Positions 19,561 to 29,832 of a DNA stretch of 48,314 nt are shown here, piece after piece (position 1 is the first letter of the stretch; the number at the start of each line of letters is the position of its first letter). This stretch comes from Azoarcus sp. (GTDB lineage Bacteria > Pseudomonadota > Gammaproteobacteria > Burkholderiales > Rhodocyclaceae). The position numbers and the translations under genes were made by a program. The notes beneath the pieces are model-generated. The model was not told the DNA's origin. It ran no database searches and saw only the letters and a list, made by a program, of their open reading frames with translations. The stretch lies in the NCBI GenBank assembly GCA_023230755.1, contig JALNWS010000001.1, forward strand, positions 1 to 48,314. Reading direction: 5' to 3'.

Positions 19561-21018
19561 TCAGGCTCCCTGACCCGCAGCTGCGAGCATCATGCCGGCC
19601 TCGTCCCCGTTCAGATGCCAGGGCGACTCGCCTCCCTGTTCGCGCAGCGCGCGGTGCAGGAGATAGGCGCGATTGGGAAGATGCAGATCTTCCGGCACAC
19701 GCTGGCCGTTGGTTACATAGAACACGTTCAGGGCGCGACGCACCGCGACATCAATCGCCGGAGCCAGCGAAGCAGCCTCGTCCACCTTGGTAAAGATGCA
19801 GCCAGCGAGATCCGGACCGGCATAGGCACGCACGACATCGTCCAGGGTGTCACCGCGGCAGGTCGCATTGAGCAACAGCAGGCGACGAACATCACCCGCG
19901 CCACTGAGCATGGCCGCCTGCTCGGCCACCATGCGGTCACGCTGGCTCATGCCCATGGTGTCGATCAGCACCATGTGCTTGTTGCGCAGCTCGCCAAGGG
20001 TCTGGCGCAGGTCGGCGGCATCGCGCACCGAGAACACCGGCACGCCAAGAATCCGCCCGTAGATCCGCAACTGCTCCTGGGCACCGATGCGGTAGCCGTC
20101 GGTGGTAATCAGCGCCAGCTTGCCGGTGCCATGACGCATCACGCAGCGCGCAGCGAGCTTGGCGGTGGTCGTGGTCTTCCCGACACCGGTGGGGCCCACC
20201 AAAGCATAGACGCCGCCGCGATCGATGAGATCATCGTCGGTTGAGCGGGCATTGAGTTTGCGATCAAGCGTAGCGCGCACGACGGCGTGCGCTTGATCGG
20301 GCGTGGCATCCTCGGGAATGGCTTCCGCGAGCTGGCGTGCGGTCGTACCGGAAAAGCCGGCCTCGAGCAGTTCGCCGAGCATGGCCGCGCGCGCCGGCGC
20401 ATGGCGACGGGTTTCACCCCAGGCAAAGCCCGCGAGCTGGCGTTCGATCATGCCGCGAATGCCGGTCAGCTCTGCCATCAGTTTGTTATTGGCTTCCTGC
20501 AACTCACGCACACGCGCATCTTCGGCTGCACGACTGGACGGACGCTCTGCGGCGGGCGCTGGCTGGCGTACGCCTCCGTCCTCGACTGTCACCCGCGACC
20601 TTGCGAAGGATGCACGCTCAGGCGTGTGCATGGCACCGCTGCGCGATGCGGGCGCGCTGGTATCGATACGCGGCGGATTGAACGGACGCATCACCGGGTC
20701 GGGGTTGCGGCGCGGCGCCTGTGGGGCGGCACTGCGCGGCACGACACCGGCAGCCAGTCCCGACAGGCTGAGGTGAAAGTCTTCATCGTCGATCGGTGCC
20801 GCCATCTGGCGCGTTGGCGCCGGAGCGGGCGCACGCGGGGCAGCAGGCGCCGGACGCACGCTTTGCAGCGCACCGACAGCATCGGCAGGCAGCGCCAGAA
20901 TCTCGACGCCGCCCTCGACCGCCCGGTTGGACAGTACGATGGCATCGGCACCGAGCTCTTCCTTCAAGGCCCGCAGTGCCTCACGGGCAGAGGGGGCAAA
21001 GTAGCGCTTAACGTTCAT
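19561..21018 (-). CDS. flhF: Flagellar SRP-family GTPase FlhF
   Basis: GPTGVGKTTTTAKLAA, DGYRIGAQEQL, DTMG, TKVDE, GQRVPEDL. Confidence 0.95.
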   Translation of the reverse strand: MNVKRYFAPSAREALRALKEELGADAIVLSNRAVEGGVEILALPADAVGALQSVRPAPAAPRAPAPAPTRQMAAPIDDEDFHLSLSGLAAGVVPRSAAPQAPRRNPDPVMRPFNPPRIDTSAPASRSGAMHTPERASFARSRVTVEDGGVRQPAPAAERPSSRAAEDARVRELQEANNKLMAELTGIRGMIERQLAGFAWGETRRHAPARAAMLGELLEAGFSGTTARQLAEAIPEDATPDQAHAVVRATLDRKLNARSTDDDLIDRGGVYALVGPTGVGKTTTTAKLAARCVMRHGTGKLALITTDGYRIGAQEQLRIYGRILGVPVFSVRDAADLRQTLGELRNKHMVLIDTMGMSQRDRMVAEQAAMLSGAGDVRRLLLLNATCRGDTLDDVVRAYAGPDLAGCIFTKVDEAASLAPAIDVAVRRALNVFYVTNGQRVPEDLHLPNRAYLLHRALREQGGESPWHLNGDEAGMMLAAAGQGA

Positions 21019-21062
21019 GATGAATCTCCCGACTACAGCGCTTTGCGCGCATCCTGGAGACG

Positions 21063-21124
21063 ATTATGCGATGGACCGGCTTTGTGGCATGGACCGAATA
21101 AACCGGTTTTCCCCCGCTTATTCC
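21063..21124 (-). promoter_or_regulatory. Putative FlhDC-dependent (class II) promoter upstream of flhF
   Basis: Inverted repeat CGAATAA-N16-TTATTCC (21095-21124) plus a minus-strand -10 CATAAT (21063-21068). Confidence 0.5.
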
Positions 21125-21199
21125 CACTGCCGGAAACTCACGGCACCGTCGCCGCTGGCCCCCAGCCCCGCGCATCGCAGGACCGGGCCGGGCGTTCGG

Positions 21200-23305
21200 T
21201 CAGGTCGGGGTGCCGACCATGCCAGTAATGCGGATGGTGCGCGACTCCGGCACTTCGCCATTGGAGATGACTTTCAGCGAGGGCACGGCACGGCGCAGGA
21301 AGCGCGACAGCAGCATGCGCAACTGCGCCGGAACCAGCAGCACGGGCGGCAGGCCGATGTCTTCCTGGCGCTGCGCAAGCTGCGCGGTCTGGCGCAGCAG
21401 GGTGTCGGCCAGGCCGGGCTCGATCGCCCCGCCCTCGCCGCTCGCACTCATGGCCTGCAGCAGGATGCGCTCGAGACCGGGTTCGAGCGACATCACCTGG
21501 ACTTCTGCATTGCCCGGGAACAGGCTCTGCACGATCGCCCGCCCCAGCGCCTCGCGCACCTTCGCCGTGAGTTCGACCGGGTCCTGAATCCGTGGCGCAT
21601 GCTCGGCCAGCACCTCGATGATGCTGCGCATGTCGCGAATATTGACGCCCTCGTCGAGCAGGTTCTGCAACACCCGCTGCACGGTCGAGACCGACAGCAG
21701 CTTGGGCACAAGGTCCTCGATGAGCTTGGGCGAATCCTTGCCGATATGATCGAGCAGCGACTGGGTCTCCTGCCGCCCCAGCAGCTCCGCCGCATGGTTG
21801 AGAATGACGTGATTGAGGTGGGTCGCGACCACCGTGCTCGCGTCGACCACGGTGTAACCGAGCGCATGCGCCTGCTCCCTGCCGCTGCCATCGATCCAGA
21901 ACGCGGGCAGACCGAAGGCCGGGTCCTTGGTCTCGCGACCGCTCAGCGGCCCGGACACGCGACCCGGATTGATGGCCAGAAACTGGCCCGGATACGCTTC
22001 GCCAGTACCGATCTCGACCCCCTTGAGCGCAATGCGGTAGGCATTGGGCTTGAGTTCGAGGTTGTCACGGATATGCACCGGCGAAGACAGAAAACCGACC
22101 TCCTGCGCAAACTTGCGCCGCAGGCCGCGAATGCGCTTGAGCAGTTCGCCATCCTGTCCCTTGTCCACCATCGGAATCAGCCGGTAACCCACTTCCAGCC
22201 CGAGCACATCGACCGGCGCCACGTCGTTCCAGCTCGCCTCCTGCGATTCGGCTGGCTGCTGTGCCGCGGCCGCCTGCGCCGCAGCAGGCGCCTGTGCCGC
22301 CTGCGATTCTTCGCCGATGCGTTTGTGCCGCATCCATGCCAGCGCCGCAAACATGGACGCAAGCAGGATGAACACCACGTTCGGCATTCCCGGTATCAGG
22401 CCGAGCACGCCAATGATGATGGCCGTCAGCCCCAGCACCTGCGGGTTCGAGAACACCTGGTTGATGACCTGCCCGCCGATATCACCCTCGTCACCAACAC
22501 GGGACACGACCAGGCCGGCCGCAACGGAAATGATCAGCGCCGGAATCTGCGCCACCAGACCGTCGCCGATGGTGAGCAGGGTGTAGGTGCGCCCCGCTTC
22601 GCCAACCGCCATGTCGTGCTGCATCACCCCCACGAACAGGCCGCCGATGATGTTGATGACCAGAATCAGGATGCCGGCGACCGCATCGCCGCGAACGAAC
22701 TTCGACGCACCGTCCATCGCACCGTAGAAATCGGCCTCCTGCCCGATCTCCTTGCGCCGGGTCTTGGCTGTCTTCTCGTCGATCAGACCCGCATTGAGGT
22801 CGGCGTCGATCGCCATCTGCTTGCCTGGCATCGCATCCAGGGTGAAGCGCGCGCTCACTTCGGCGATACGGCCGGCACCCTTGGTGATGACGACGAAGTT
22901 GATCAGGGTGAGGATGACGAACACCACCAGACCGACCGCCGTGTTGCCGCCGACCAGGAAGCTGCCGAAGGCCTCGATCACCTTGCCCGCCGCGTCGCCG
23001 CCACTGTGTCCTTCGAGCAACACGATCCGGGTCGAGGCGACGTTGAGCGACAGCCGCAGCAAGGTGGTGACCAGCAGCACGGTCGGGAAGACGGAAAAAT
23101 CCAGCGGCTTCTTCGAGTACATCGCCACCAGCATCACCATCACCGAGATTGCGATATTGAAGGTGAAGAAGACATCGAGCAGGAACACCGGCAGCGGCAA
23201 CACCATCATCGACAGAATCATGATGATGAGGATCGGTGCCGCCAGCGTGCGCAGGTTCTCCGGCGTGATCAGCGCGCGCAGGTTCAGGGTATTGTTCGAG
23301 GCCAT
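21200..23305 (-). CDS. flhA: Flagellar export gate protein FlhA
   Basis: RIAEVSARFTLDAMPGKQMAIDADLNAG, FYGAMDGASKFVRGDA FHIPEP signatures. Confidence 0.97.
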   Translation of the reverse strand: MASNNTLNLRALITPENLRTLAAPILIIMILSMMVLPLPVFLLDVFFTFNIAISVMVMLVAMYSKKPLDFSVFPTVLLVTTLLRLSLNVASTRIVLLEGHSGGDAAGKVIEAFGSFLVGGNTAVGLVVFVILTLINFVVITKGAGRIAEVSARFTLDAMPGKQMAIDADLNAGLIDEKTAKTRRKEIGQEADFYGAMDGASKFVRGDAVAGILILVINIIGGLFVGVMQHDMAVGEAGRTYTLLTIGDGLVAQIPALIISVAAGLVVSRVGDEGDIGGQVINQVFSNPQVLGLTAIIIGVLGLIPGMPNVVFILLASMFAALAWMRHKRIGEESQAAQAPAAAQAAAAQQPAESQEASWNDVAPVDVLGLEVGYRLIPMVDKGQDGELLKRIRGLRRKFAQEVGFLSSPVHIRDNLELKPNAYRIALKGVEIGTGEAYPGQFLAINPGRVSGPLSGRETKDPAFGLPAFWIDGSGREQAHALGYTVVDASTVVATHLNHVILNHAAELLGRQETQSLLDHIGKDSPKLIEDLVPKLLSVSTVQRVLQNLLDEGVNIRDMRSIIEVLAEHAPRIQDPVELTAKVREALGRAIVQSLFPGNAEVQVMSLEPGLERILLQAMSASGEGGAIEPGLADTLLRQTAQLAQRQEDIGLPPVLLVPAQLRMLLSRFLRRAVPSLKVISNGEVPESRTIRITGMVGTPT

Positions 23306-23316
23306 GGGTCAGGCAT

Positions 23317-24459
23317 TCACTCTTCGGGGGCGCCGGGGTCGAGCCCCTCGGGCACCGGCAATTCGGCAGGCGGCTGCGGCGGCAATCCGCCGTCGGCCAC
23401 CCAGTTGTTGAGCTGATAGACGTAGGCCATCACCTCGGCCACGGCAGTAAACAGGGTTGCGGGCACCGCCTGCTCCAGTTCGCAATGCGCATACAGTGCG
23501 CGCGCCAGCGGCGGCGCTTCGAGCATGGCCACCTTGTTCTCGCGCGCGATCTCGCGAATCTTCAGCGCCAGATCGCCGCGTCCCTTGGCCACGACGATGG
23601 GCGCAGCCATCCGGCTGGCATCGTACTTCAGCGCCACCGAGAAGTGCGTCGGGTTGGTCACTACCACGTCGGCCTTGGGCACCTCCGACATCATCCGCCG
23701 GCGCGCCATCTCGCGCTGCATCGCACGGATGCGGCCCTTGACCTGCGGGTCACCCTCCTGCTCCTTGCCTTCACGCTTGACCTCTTCCTTGGTCATGCGC
23801 AGTTTCTTGTGGTACTGCCACAGCTGGAAAGGCACATCCATCAGCGCCAGCAAGCCCAGACTGGTGGTGATCATCAGTGCGGCAAAGGCCACCGTATCGG
23901 CGAAGTCGGGCATTCCCACTTCAAGCGGCTCGACCATCAGATCGAACAGGTGATCCTTGTTGACCCACAGCACGATGGCCGACACGCCGCCCACCAGCGC
24001 CGATTTAAGAATGGCCTTCACCATTTCAGCCAGGCCGTGGACCGAGAACATCCGCGCCAGTCCCTGCAAGGGATTCATGCGACCGAAATTGGGCCCCAGC
24101 GCCTTGGGCGAAAACACCAGCCCGCCCAGTGCGATGGGCGAAGCCACCGCGGCCACCATCAGGGTCAGAAACAAGGGCATCATCGTCAGCAGCGCGCCGC
24201 TGAGCAGCGTATTGAAGCCGTCGAGCATGAGCACGTGATCGAAGGCCATCTCGCGCTCGAACGCAAACGAGCGCCGCAGCAGCCCGAACAGACGATCCGT
24301 CATCCAGTCGCCGAGCATCCACAACGTTGCCACCCCGGTCATGGTAATGAAGAAGGTAGACAGTTCGCGCGACTGCGGAACCTGCCCTTCCTCGCGGGCC
24401 TGCTCTATTCGTCGTGGTGACGCTTGTTCTGTTTTCTCAAGATCGCTGTCTTCTGCCAC
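23317..24459 (-). CDS. flhB: Flagellar export switch protein FlhB
   Basis: EKTEQAS, EGDPQVK, NPTH autocleavage motif; GTG start. Confidence 0.96.
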   Translation of the reverse strand: MAEDSDLEKTEQASPRRIEQAREEGQVPQSRELSTFFITMTGVATLWMLGDWMTDRLFGLLRRSFAFEREMAFDHVLMLDGFNTLLSGALLTMMPLFLTLMVAAVASPIALGGLVFSPKALGPNFGRMNPLQGLARMFSVHGLAEMVKAILKSALVGGVSAIVLWVNKDHLFDLMVEPLEVGMPDFADTVAFAALMITTSLGLLALMDVPFQLWQYHKKLRMTKEEVKREGKEQEGDPQVKGRIRAMQREMARRRMMSEVPKADVVVTNPTHFSVALKYDASRMAAPIVVAKGRGDLALKIREIARENKVAMLEAPPLARALYAHCELEQAVPATLFTAVAEVMAYVYQLNNWVADGGLPPQPPAELPVPEGLDPGAPEE

Positions 24460-24521
24460 GATCGGCTCCGGTAACGGCCTGCCACGCGGGGATCAGCATG
24501 GACGCAGGACGACGTGGGGCA

Positions 24522-24583
24522 ATTATCGCCGCTAGCGGACAAGGACCGAAGCCGGATAAGCACGGAGAAAACCGCGCAATTCC
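24522..24583 (-). promoter_or_regulatory. Putative FlhDC-dependent (class II) promoter upstream of flhB
   Basis: CGGATAA-N17-CAATTCC (24553-24583) plus a minus-strand -10 GATAAT (24522-24527), with nearly the same spacing as upstream of flhF. Confidence 0.45.
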
Positions 24584-24631
24584 TGTGCTGCAAACGTGCT
24601 GCCCGCCTGCAGGCAGCGACTGCGCCCGTGC

Positions 24632-25090
24632 TTAGCGCGGCGCCGGCAGGCGCTCGGTACCGCGGATCAGGTCACCCGGCTTGAACCCGCGCTCGCGAAA
24701 CCAGCCCAGGTTCATTTCGAGCGCGAAGCGCGCCGGCGCGGCCGCGCAGTGGTTGTCTTCGGTCTGTGGCTGCATGTCTTCGATATTGAGGATGCGCCCG
24801 CTGTCGTCGAGGAAGGCGACCGACAGGGGCAACAGCGTGTTCTTCATCCACATGCAGTGCTGCGCACTTTGCGCAAAGACGAACACCATGCCGTGATGCG
24901 CAGGCATGCTCTTGCGGTTCATCAGCCCGAGCTGACGGTCGGGGCCGGTGTAGGCCACCTCGGTCTCGATGCGGAACATGCCCGCACCAAGTTCCGCAAG
25001 CGGCATCTGCGCGCTCGCGATCGTCGGCACGAGCGCCGCCACCAGTCCGCCAATCCGCAACACCTGCCCAATCACGCCCATCATGTTCAT
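24632..25090 (-). CDS. DUF192-family exported protein
   Basis: Signal peptide followed by EVA.T...RQLGLM.R...GMVFVF...MWMKNTLLPLSVAFLD...ALEMNLG. Confidence 0.88.
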   Translation of the reverse strand: MNMMGVIGQVLRIGGLVAALVPTIASAQMPLAELGAGMFRIETEVAYTGPDRQLGLMNRKSMPAHHGMVFVFAQSAQHCMWMKNTLLPLSVAFLDDSGRILNIEDMQPQTEDNHCAAAPARFALEMNLGWFRERGFKPGDLIRGTERLPAPR

Positions 25091-25127
25091 CGTTCGCGTC
25101 CGTCGCCTCAATGCATTGGCGGCGATT

Positions 25128-25754
25128 CTACCGCCTGCGCGGCATCTTCCGCCGCCCACCCTGCTTGCGCGGCGGTGCGACGGCGGCCTGCACCAGGCCT
25201 GCGGGCACCGGCACCTCGCGCGACTGCCCCGGCAGCAAGCCATCCAGCGACCAGTCGCCGATCGCCACGCGCACCAGACGCAGGGTCGGCAAGCCCACCT
25301 TTGCCGTCATCCGCCGCACCTGCCGGTTCTTGCCCTCGCGCAGCACGATCTCCAGCCATGAGGTCGGCACCGTCTTGCGAAAGCGCACCGGCGGATCGCG
25401 TGGCCACAACCACGCTGGCTCGGCAACGCTGCGTGCGCCGCACGGACGGGTAACGAAGTCGCCCAGATCCACTCCGCTGCGCAGCTGCGCAAGGGCGGTC
25501 TCGTCCGGTTCACCTTCTACCTGCACCAGATAGGTCTTGGGCAGCTTGTGGCGCGGGTCCGCAATCCGGTGCTGCAGCGCACCGTCGTCGGTGAGCAGCA
25601 GCAGCCCTTCGCTGTCGGTATCGAGGCGTCCGGCCGCATACACGCCGGGCACGGCGACATGATCCTTGAGCGTGGCGCGCCCGGCTTCGTCAGTGAACTG
25701 GCACAGCACCCCGTAAGGCTTGTTCAGCAGAATCAGTCTCGACACTCTGTCCAC
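25128..25754 (-). CDS. rluE: 23S rRNA pseudouridine synthase (RluE-like, RsuA family)
   Basis: [38 protein letters not shown]; no S4 domain. Confidence 0.88.
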   Translation of the reverse strand: MDRVSRLILLNKPYGVLCQFTDEAGRATLKDHVAVPGVYAAGRLDTDSEGLLLLTDDGALQHRIADPRHKLPKTYLVQVEGEPDETALAQLRSGVDLGDFVTRPCGARSVAEPAWLWPRDPPVRFRKTVPTSWLEIVLREGKNRQVRRMTAKVGLPTLRLVRVAIGDWSLDGLLPGQSREVPVPAGLVQAAVAPPRKQGGRRKMPRRR

Positions 25755-25827
25755 CCGTTTGCTTGATCAAAGTTTGCAGCGCGGCGCATGCGTATGTCGA
25801 CGCCCGCCGCAGTGAAAACGCATCGCC

Positions 25828-26760
25828 TCACTGTTGCTCGCCCTGCGCGCCGTGCAGCTCGCGCAAGCGACTGGTGAAGTGGCGGGCAATGCGCCCTGGC
25901 GCGGGGCTGCGGGCGATCGACACGTTCCAGTCGCAGCGGTACTGCAGGGTGTCCGACGGAATCCGCCGCAGTACGCCTGCCTGCTCGAAGGACTGCGCAT
26001 AGTGCTCGGGCAGAAAGCCGAGGTAGCGCCCTGAGCGGATCAGCACCACGCTGCCCTCCTGCTCATGTGCCCGCGCCGCCGGTTGCAGGCCGAGGCGCCA
26101 GAAATGCTCCATGTTGGGCGAGTGGTATCCAAGACCAACGAAGGCCGCGGTGCGCAGCGCAGCGTCATCGGGGGTCGCACCACCACGCAGCAGCGGGTGA
26201 TCGGGCGCACCGTACAACCACATCTGTTCGGCGAACAAGGGCCAGCTCAGCAGACTTTCGCTGGCGCGGTGAAAGGGGTGGATCGCCACCTGAAACTGGC
26301 CTTCGAGCAAGCCCTTCTCGATCGCAATCGTGCCCGACACATGCAGGTTCAGGTTCACCCCGGGCGCCTCCGCGCCGAAGGCCGCGATCGCCTCGGCCAG
26401 GTGGCACGCCGGATTGGTCACGAATTTGTCGAAAACAGCGAGATTCAGCTCGCCGCGCATCCCGCCGTGCAGCCCCGCCACCTCGCGCCTGAAACCCTCG
26501 ATCTGCGACAGCAGCCTGCGCGCCGCGTCGAGCACCGTCCCCCCCTCCTCGGTGAGCGCAAAACCCGAACGCCCGCGTTCGCACAGACGCACGCCCAGTC
26601 GGGTTTCGAGATCCTTGAGATGACGGCTGATCACGGAGCGGCTGATGTTGAGCCGCAGCTCGGCCGCAGCAAGTCCACCAGATTCAGCAATCGCAATGAA
26701 TATCCGAAGCAGGCGCAGATCGGCTTCGGCGAGATTTGTCAGGAGCGCGCGGGATTTCAT
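25828..26760 (-). CDS. LysR-family regulator (BauR-like)
   Basis: DLRLLRIF..IAESGG..AAE..LNISRS.IS....DLE.RLG.RLC.RGRSGF.LT N-terminus, typical of the BauR subgroup. Confidence 0.85.
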   Translation of the reverse strand: MKSRALLTNLAEADLRLLRIFIAIAESGGLAAAELRLNISRSVISRHLKDLETRLGVRLCERGRSGFALTEEGGTVLDAARRLLSQIEGFRREVAGLHGGMRGELNLAVFDKFVTNPACHLAEAIAAFGAEAPGVNLNLHVSGTIAIEKGLLEGQFQVAIHPFHRASESLLSWPLFAEQMWLYGAPDHPLLRGGATPDDAALRTAAFVGLGYHSPNMEHFWRLGLQPAARAHEQEGSVVLIRSGRYLGFLPEHYAQSFEQAGVLRRIPSDTLQYRCDWNVSIARSPAPGRIARHFTSRLRELHGAQGEQQ

Positions 26761-26769
26761 GGCGAAATT

Positions 26770-26787
26770 GTTTCATAAACCTGAAAC
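26770..26787. promoter_or_regulatory. Palindromic regulator site (putative LysR autoregulatory box)
   Basis: GTTTC-ATAAACCT-GAAAC about 10 bp upstream of the LysR start; the same GTTTC-N8-GAAAC occurs at 38421-38438. Confidence 0.55.
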
Positions 26788-26875
26788 GTTGATTTCGATA
26801 TTTGTAGTTTTCTGCACCAAACACCCTCTCTAAGGTAACCCCAAGCGCGGAACGAATCTTGTTCGATGTGGCAAC

Positions 26876-26912
26876 GGCACCAAAGGGAAGCTGAAATCCC
26901 CACTTTGGTGCA
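26876..26912. promoter_or_regulatory. Tandem NtrC-like enhancer sites
   Basis: GGCACCAaagGGAAGCT and ATCCCCActtTGGTGCA versus consensus TGCACCA-N3-TGGTGCA, 120-160 bp upstream of a sigma54 promoter; an extra TGCACCA half-site at 26813. Confidence 0.5.
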
Positions 26913-27032
26913 TGAGTCCGAACATTTCGGATAACGGCAAAGGCTGTCACATCGCGGAACTGCACCTCCAAGACAGCCCGCTCCGAGCGAAATCAGCCAC
27001 ATACGACATTTTTATCAGAAACACTTCAGACA

Positions 27033-27048
27033 TGGCATGACGCTTGCG
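27033..27048 (+). promoter_or_regulatory. Sigma54 (-24/-12) promoter of the ABC transporter-amidase operon
   Basis: TGGCATGACGCTTGCG, near-consensus GG-N10-GC with TGGCA and TTGC. Confidence 0.8.
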
Positions 27049-27116
27049 GAATGCAGTCTGAAGCCTCAGCCAGAAGCGCTTTCATTTTCATCTCAACCCT
27101 AGCGAGGATTCACCCC

Positions 27117-28784
27117 ATGAGCACATGCAATCGGCCCACCCGTCGGCTTACCGCCCTGATCGGCAGCACGCTCCTTGCGCTGTCGTTCGCATCCAGTGCC
27201 GTGATGGCGCAGGAAAAGGTGCTCCGCATCGGCATGACCGCCGCAGACATTCCGCGCACCCTGGGTCAGCCTGACCAGGGCTTCGAGGGCAACCGCTTCA
27301 CCGGCATCCCCATGTACGACTCGCTGACCCAGTGGGATCTGTCCAAGGCCGATGCACCGAGCGTACTGATTCCCGGCCTGGCCACATCGTGGAAAGTCGA
27401 TGCTGCCGACAAGACCAAGTGGATTTTCAAGCTGCGTCCCGGCGTGAAGTTCCATGACGGCTCCGCCTTCAACGCCGACGCCGTGGTGTGGAACGTGCAG
27501 AAGGTGCTGGACAAGACCGCAAAGCAGTTCGACGCCAGCCAGGTGGGTGTCACCGCCTCGCGCATGCCGACGCTGCGCAGCGCCAGAAAGATCGACGACC
27601 TGACCGTCGAGCTCACTGCCTCCGAGCCCGATGCCTTCCTGCCGATCAACCTGACCAACCTGTTCATGGCCTCGCCCGCGCACTGGGAAGCCAAGTTCAA
27701 GGCCGTACCGGCCAGCGTTACCGACACCGCGGCACGCAGCAAGCAGGCGTGGATTGCCTTTGCCGCAGACGCCTCCGGTACCGGTCCGTTCAAGATGGTC
27801 GCCTTCGCGCCGCGCGAGCGTCTTGAAGTCGCCAAGAACACTGAATACTGGGATCCGAAGCGCACGCCGACGATCGACAAGGTGGTGATGCTGCCGCTGC
27901 CCGAAGCCAACGCCCGTACCGCCGCCCTGCTCTCCGGTCAGGTGGACTGGATCGAGGCCCCGGCCCCGGACGCAATGGATCAGATCAAGAGCCGCGGCTT
28001 CAAGATCTACTCCAACCCGCAACCGCATATCTGGCCGTGGCAACTGTCCTTTGCCGAAGGTTCGCCGTGGCTGGACAAGCGCGTGCGCCAGGCCGCCAAC
28101 CTGTGCATCAACCGCAGCGAGCTGAAAGCTTTCCTCGGCGGCATGATGGGTGAGGCCAAGGGCATCGTGTCACCCGACCATCCGTGGTGGGGCAACCCGA
28201 AGTTCGACATCAAGTTCGACCCCAAAACCGCGACCAAGATGATGGTCGAGGCCGGCCACACCGCCGACAAGCCGCTCAAGGTAAAGGTTCAGGTTTCGGC
28301 CTCGGGTTCGGGTCAGATGCAACCGCTGCCGATGAACGAGTACATCCAGGAAAGCCTGAAGCAGTGCAACTTCGACGTCGAACTCGATGTGCTTGAGTGG
28401 AACACCTTGTTCACCAACTGGCGCAAGGGTGCGAAGGACCCGTCGGCCAACGGCGCCAACGCCATCAACGTGTCTGCAGCCGCAATGGACCCCTTCTTCG
28501 CCATGGTGCGCTTCGTCAGCACCAAGACCTTCCCCCCGGTTTCCAACAACTGGGGCTACTTCGGCAATGACGAGTTCGACGCCCTGATCGCGACCGCCCG
28601 CACCAGCTTCGACGACAAGGAACGCGATGCGGCCCTGGCGAAGCTGCATGCCCGCATCGTGGAAGAGGCGCCGTTCATCTTCGTTGCCCATGACGTCGGA
28701 CCGCGTGCCATGTCGGCCAAGGTCAAGAACGTGGTCCAACCGAAGAGCTGGTTCATCGACATCGCCACGATGAAGATGGACTGA
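27117..28784 (+). CDS. ABC transporter substrate-binding protein (peptide/nickel, family 5)
   Basis: Signal peptide; PGLATSW, FKLRPGVKFHDGSAFNADAV, GTGPFK. Confidence 0.92.
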   Translation: MSTCNRPTRRLTALIGSTLLALSFASSAVMAQEKVLRIGMTAADIPRTLGQPDQGFEGNRFTGIPMYDSLTQWDLSKADAPSVLIPGLATSWKVDAADKTKWIFKLRPGVKFHDGSAFNADAVVWNVQKVLDKTAKQFDASQVGVTASRMPTLRSARKIDDLTVELTASEPDAFLPINLTNLFMASPAHWEAKFKAVPASVTDTAARSKQAWIAFAADASGTGPFKMVAFAPRERLEVAKNTEYWDPKRTPTIDKVVMLPLPEANARTAALLSGQVDWIEAPAPDAMDQIKSRGFKIYSNPQPHIWPWQLSFAEGSPWLDKRVRQAANLCINRSELKAFLGGMMGEAKGIVSPDHPWWGNPKFDIKFDPKTATKMMVEAGHTADKPLKVKVQVSASGSGQMQPLPMNEYIQESLKQCNFDVELDVLEWNTLFTNWRKGAKDPSANGANAINVSAAAMDPFFAMVRFVSTKTFPPVSNNWGYFGNDEFDALIATARTSFDDKERDAALAKLHARIVEEAPFIFVAHDVGPRAMSAKVKNVVQPKSWFIDIATMKMD

Positions 28785-28878
28785 TTGTCCCCACGCGCCG
28801 CGGCATCGCGGCGCAAAGCGGACTTGCCGCCGGCCGGCGCGCCGGCGGATTCAACTCAATGACCCACAGGGCCGAACG

Positions 28879-29832
28879 ATGATCTTCTATCTCCTGCGCC
28901 GCATCGTGTACACGATTCCGATCATGATCGGCGTCGCCTTCTTCTGTTTTCTGCTGGTGCATATTTCGCCGGGCGACCCGCTGGTTTCCATCCTGCCGCC
29001 CGATGCCTCGATCGAGCTGCAACAGCAGCTGATGAAACTCTACGGTTTCGACCGCCCCTGGTACGAACAATTTGCCCACTGGTTCTGGCGTGCGCTGCAC
29101 GGCGACCTCGGCACCTCGATCGCGTCCGGCCGTTCGGTTTCGACCGAAGTCATGCGTGCGGTCGGCAACACCCTGATGCTGTCGTGCATGGCCACCCTGA
29201 TCGGCTTTCTGTTCGGCAGCCTGTTCGGCTTCGTCGCCGGCTACTTTCGCGACTCCTGGGTGGACCGCGTGGCCTCCGCGCTGTCGGTGCTCGGCGTCAG
29301 CGTGCCGCACTACTGGCTGGGCATGGTGCTGGTCATCATCTTCTCGTCGCAGCTGATGTGGCTGCCAGCCACCGGTGCCGGCCCTGGCGGATCGGGTGAA
29401 TGGGCCTGGGACTGGGCACATGTCCAGTTCATGGTGCTGCCCGCGATCACGATGTCCGTCATCCCGATGGGCATCATTGCCCGCACCGTTCGCGCCCTGG
29501 TGGCCGACATTCTGGCGCAGGAATTCGTCGTTGGCCTGCGCGCCAAGGGCCTGACCGACCTCGGCATCTTCCTGCACGTGGTCAAGAACGCTGCCCCCAC
29601 CGCGCTGGCGGTGATGGGCCTGCAGCTGGGCTACCTGCTCGGTGGCTCGATCCTGATCGAAACCGTGTTCTCGTGGCCGGGTACCGGCTTCCTGCTCAAC
29701 TCGGCCATCTTCCAGCGCGACATGCCGCTGCTGCAGGGCACGATCCTGGTGCTTGCCACCTTCTTCGTCGTACTCAACCTGATGGTGGATGTCCTTCAGA
29801 CCACCCTCGACCCGAGGATCCAGAGATCATGA
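28879..29832 (+). CDS. ABC permease (DppB/OppB-like)
   Basis: PGDP, GDLGTS, RAKGL..., LGGSILIETVFSWPGTG, LDPRI. Confidence 0.93.
   Translation: MIFYLLRRIVYTIPIMIGVAFFCFLLVHISPGDPLVSILPPDASIELQQQLMKLYGFDRPWYEQFAHWFWRALHGDLGTSIASGRSVSTEVMRAVGNTLMLSCMATLIGFLFGSLFGFVAGYFRDSWVDRVASALSVLGVSVPHYWLGMVLVIIFSSQLMWLPATGAGPGGSGEWAWDWAHVQFMVLPAITMSVIPMGIIARTVRALVADILAQEFVVGLRAKGLTDLGIFLHVVKNAAPTALAVMGLQLGYLLGGSILIETVFSWPGTGFLLNSAIFQRDMPLLQGTILVLATFFVVLNLMVDVLQTTLDPRIQRS

Noticed and set aside
21017-23416. 799-aa plus-strand ORF (likewise 16076-17977, 633 aa)
   Set aside because: Antisense shadows of flhA and motCD, with typical reverse-frame composition.
28785-28878. GC-rich hairpins after the SBP gene as an ncRNA
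   Set aside because: Typical intercistronic mRNA-stabilising stems in ABC operons.
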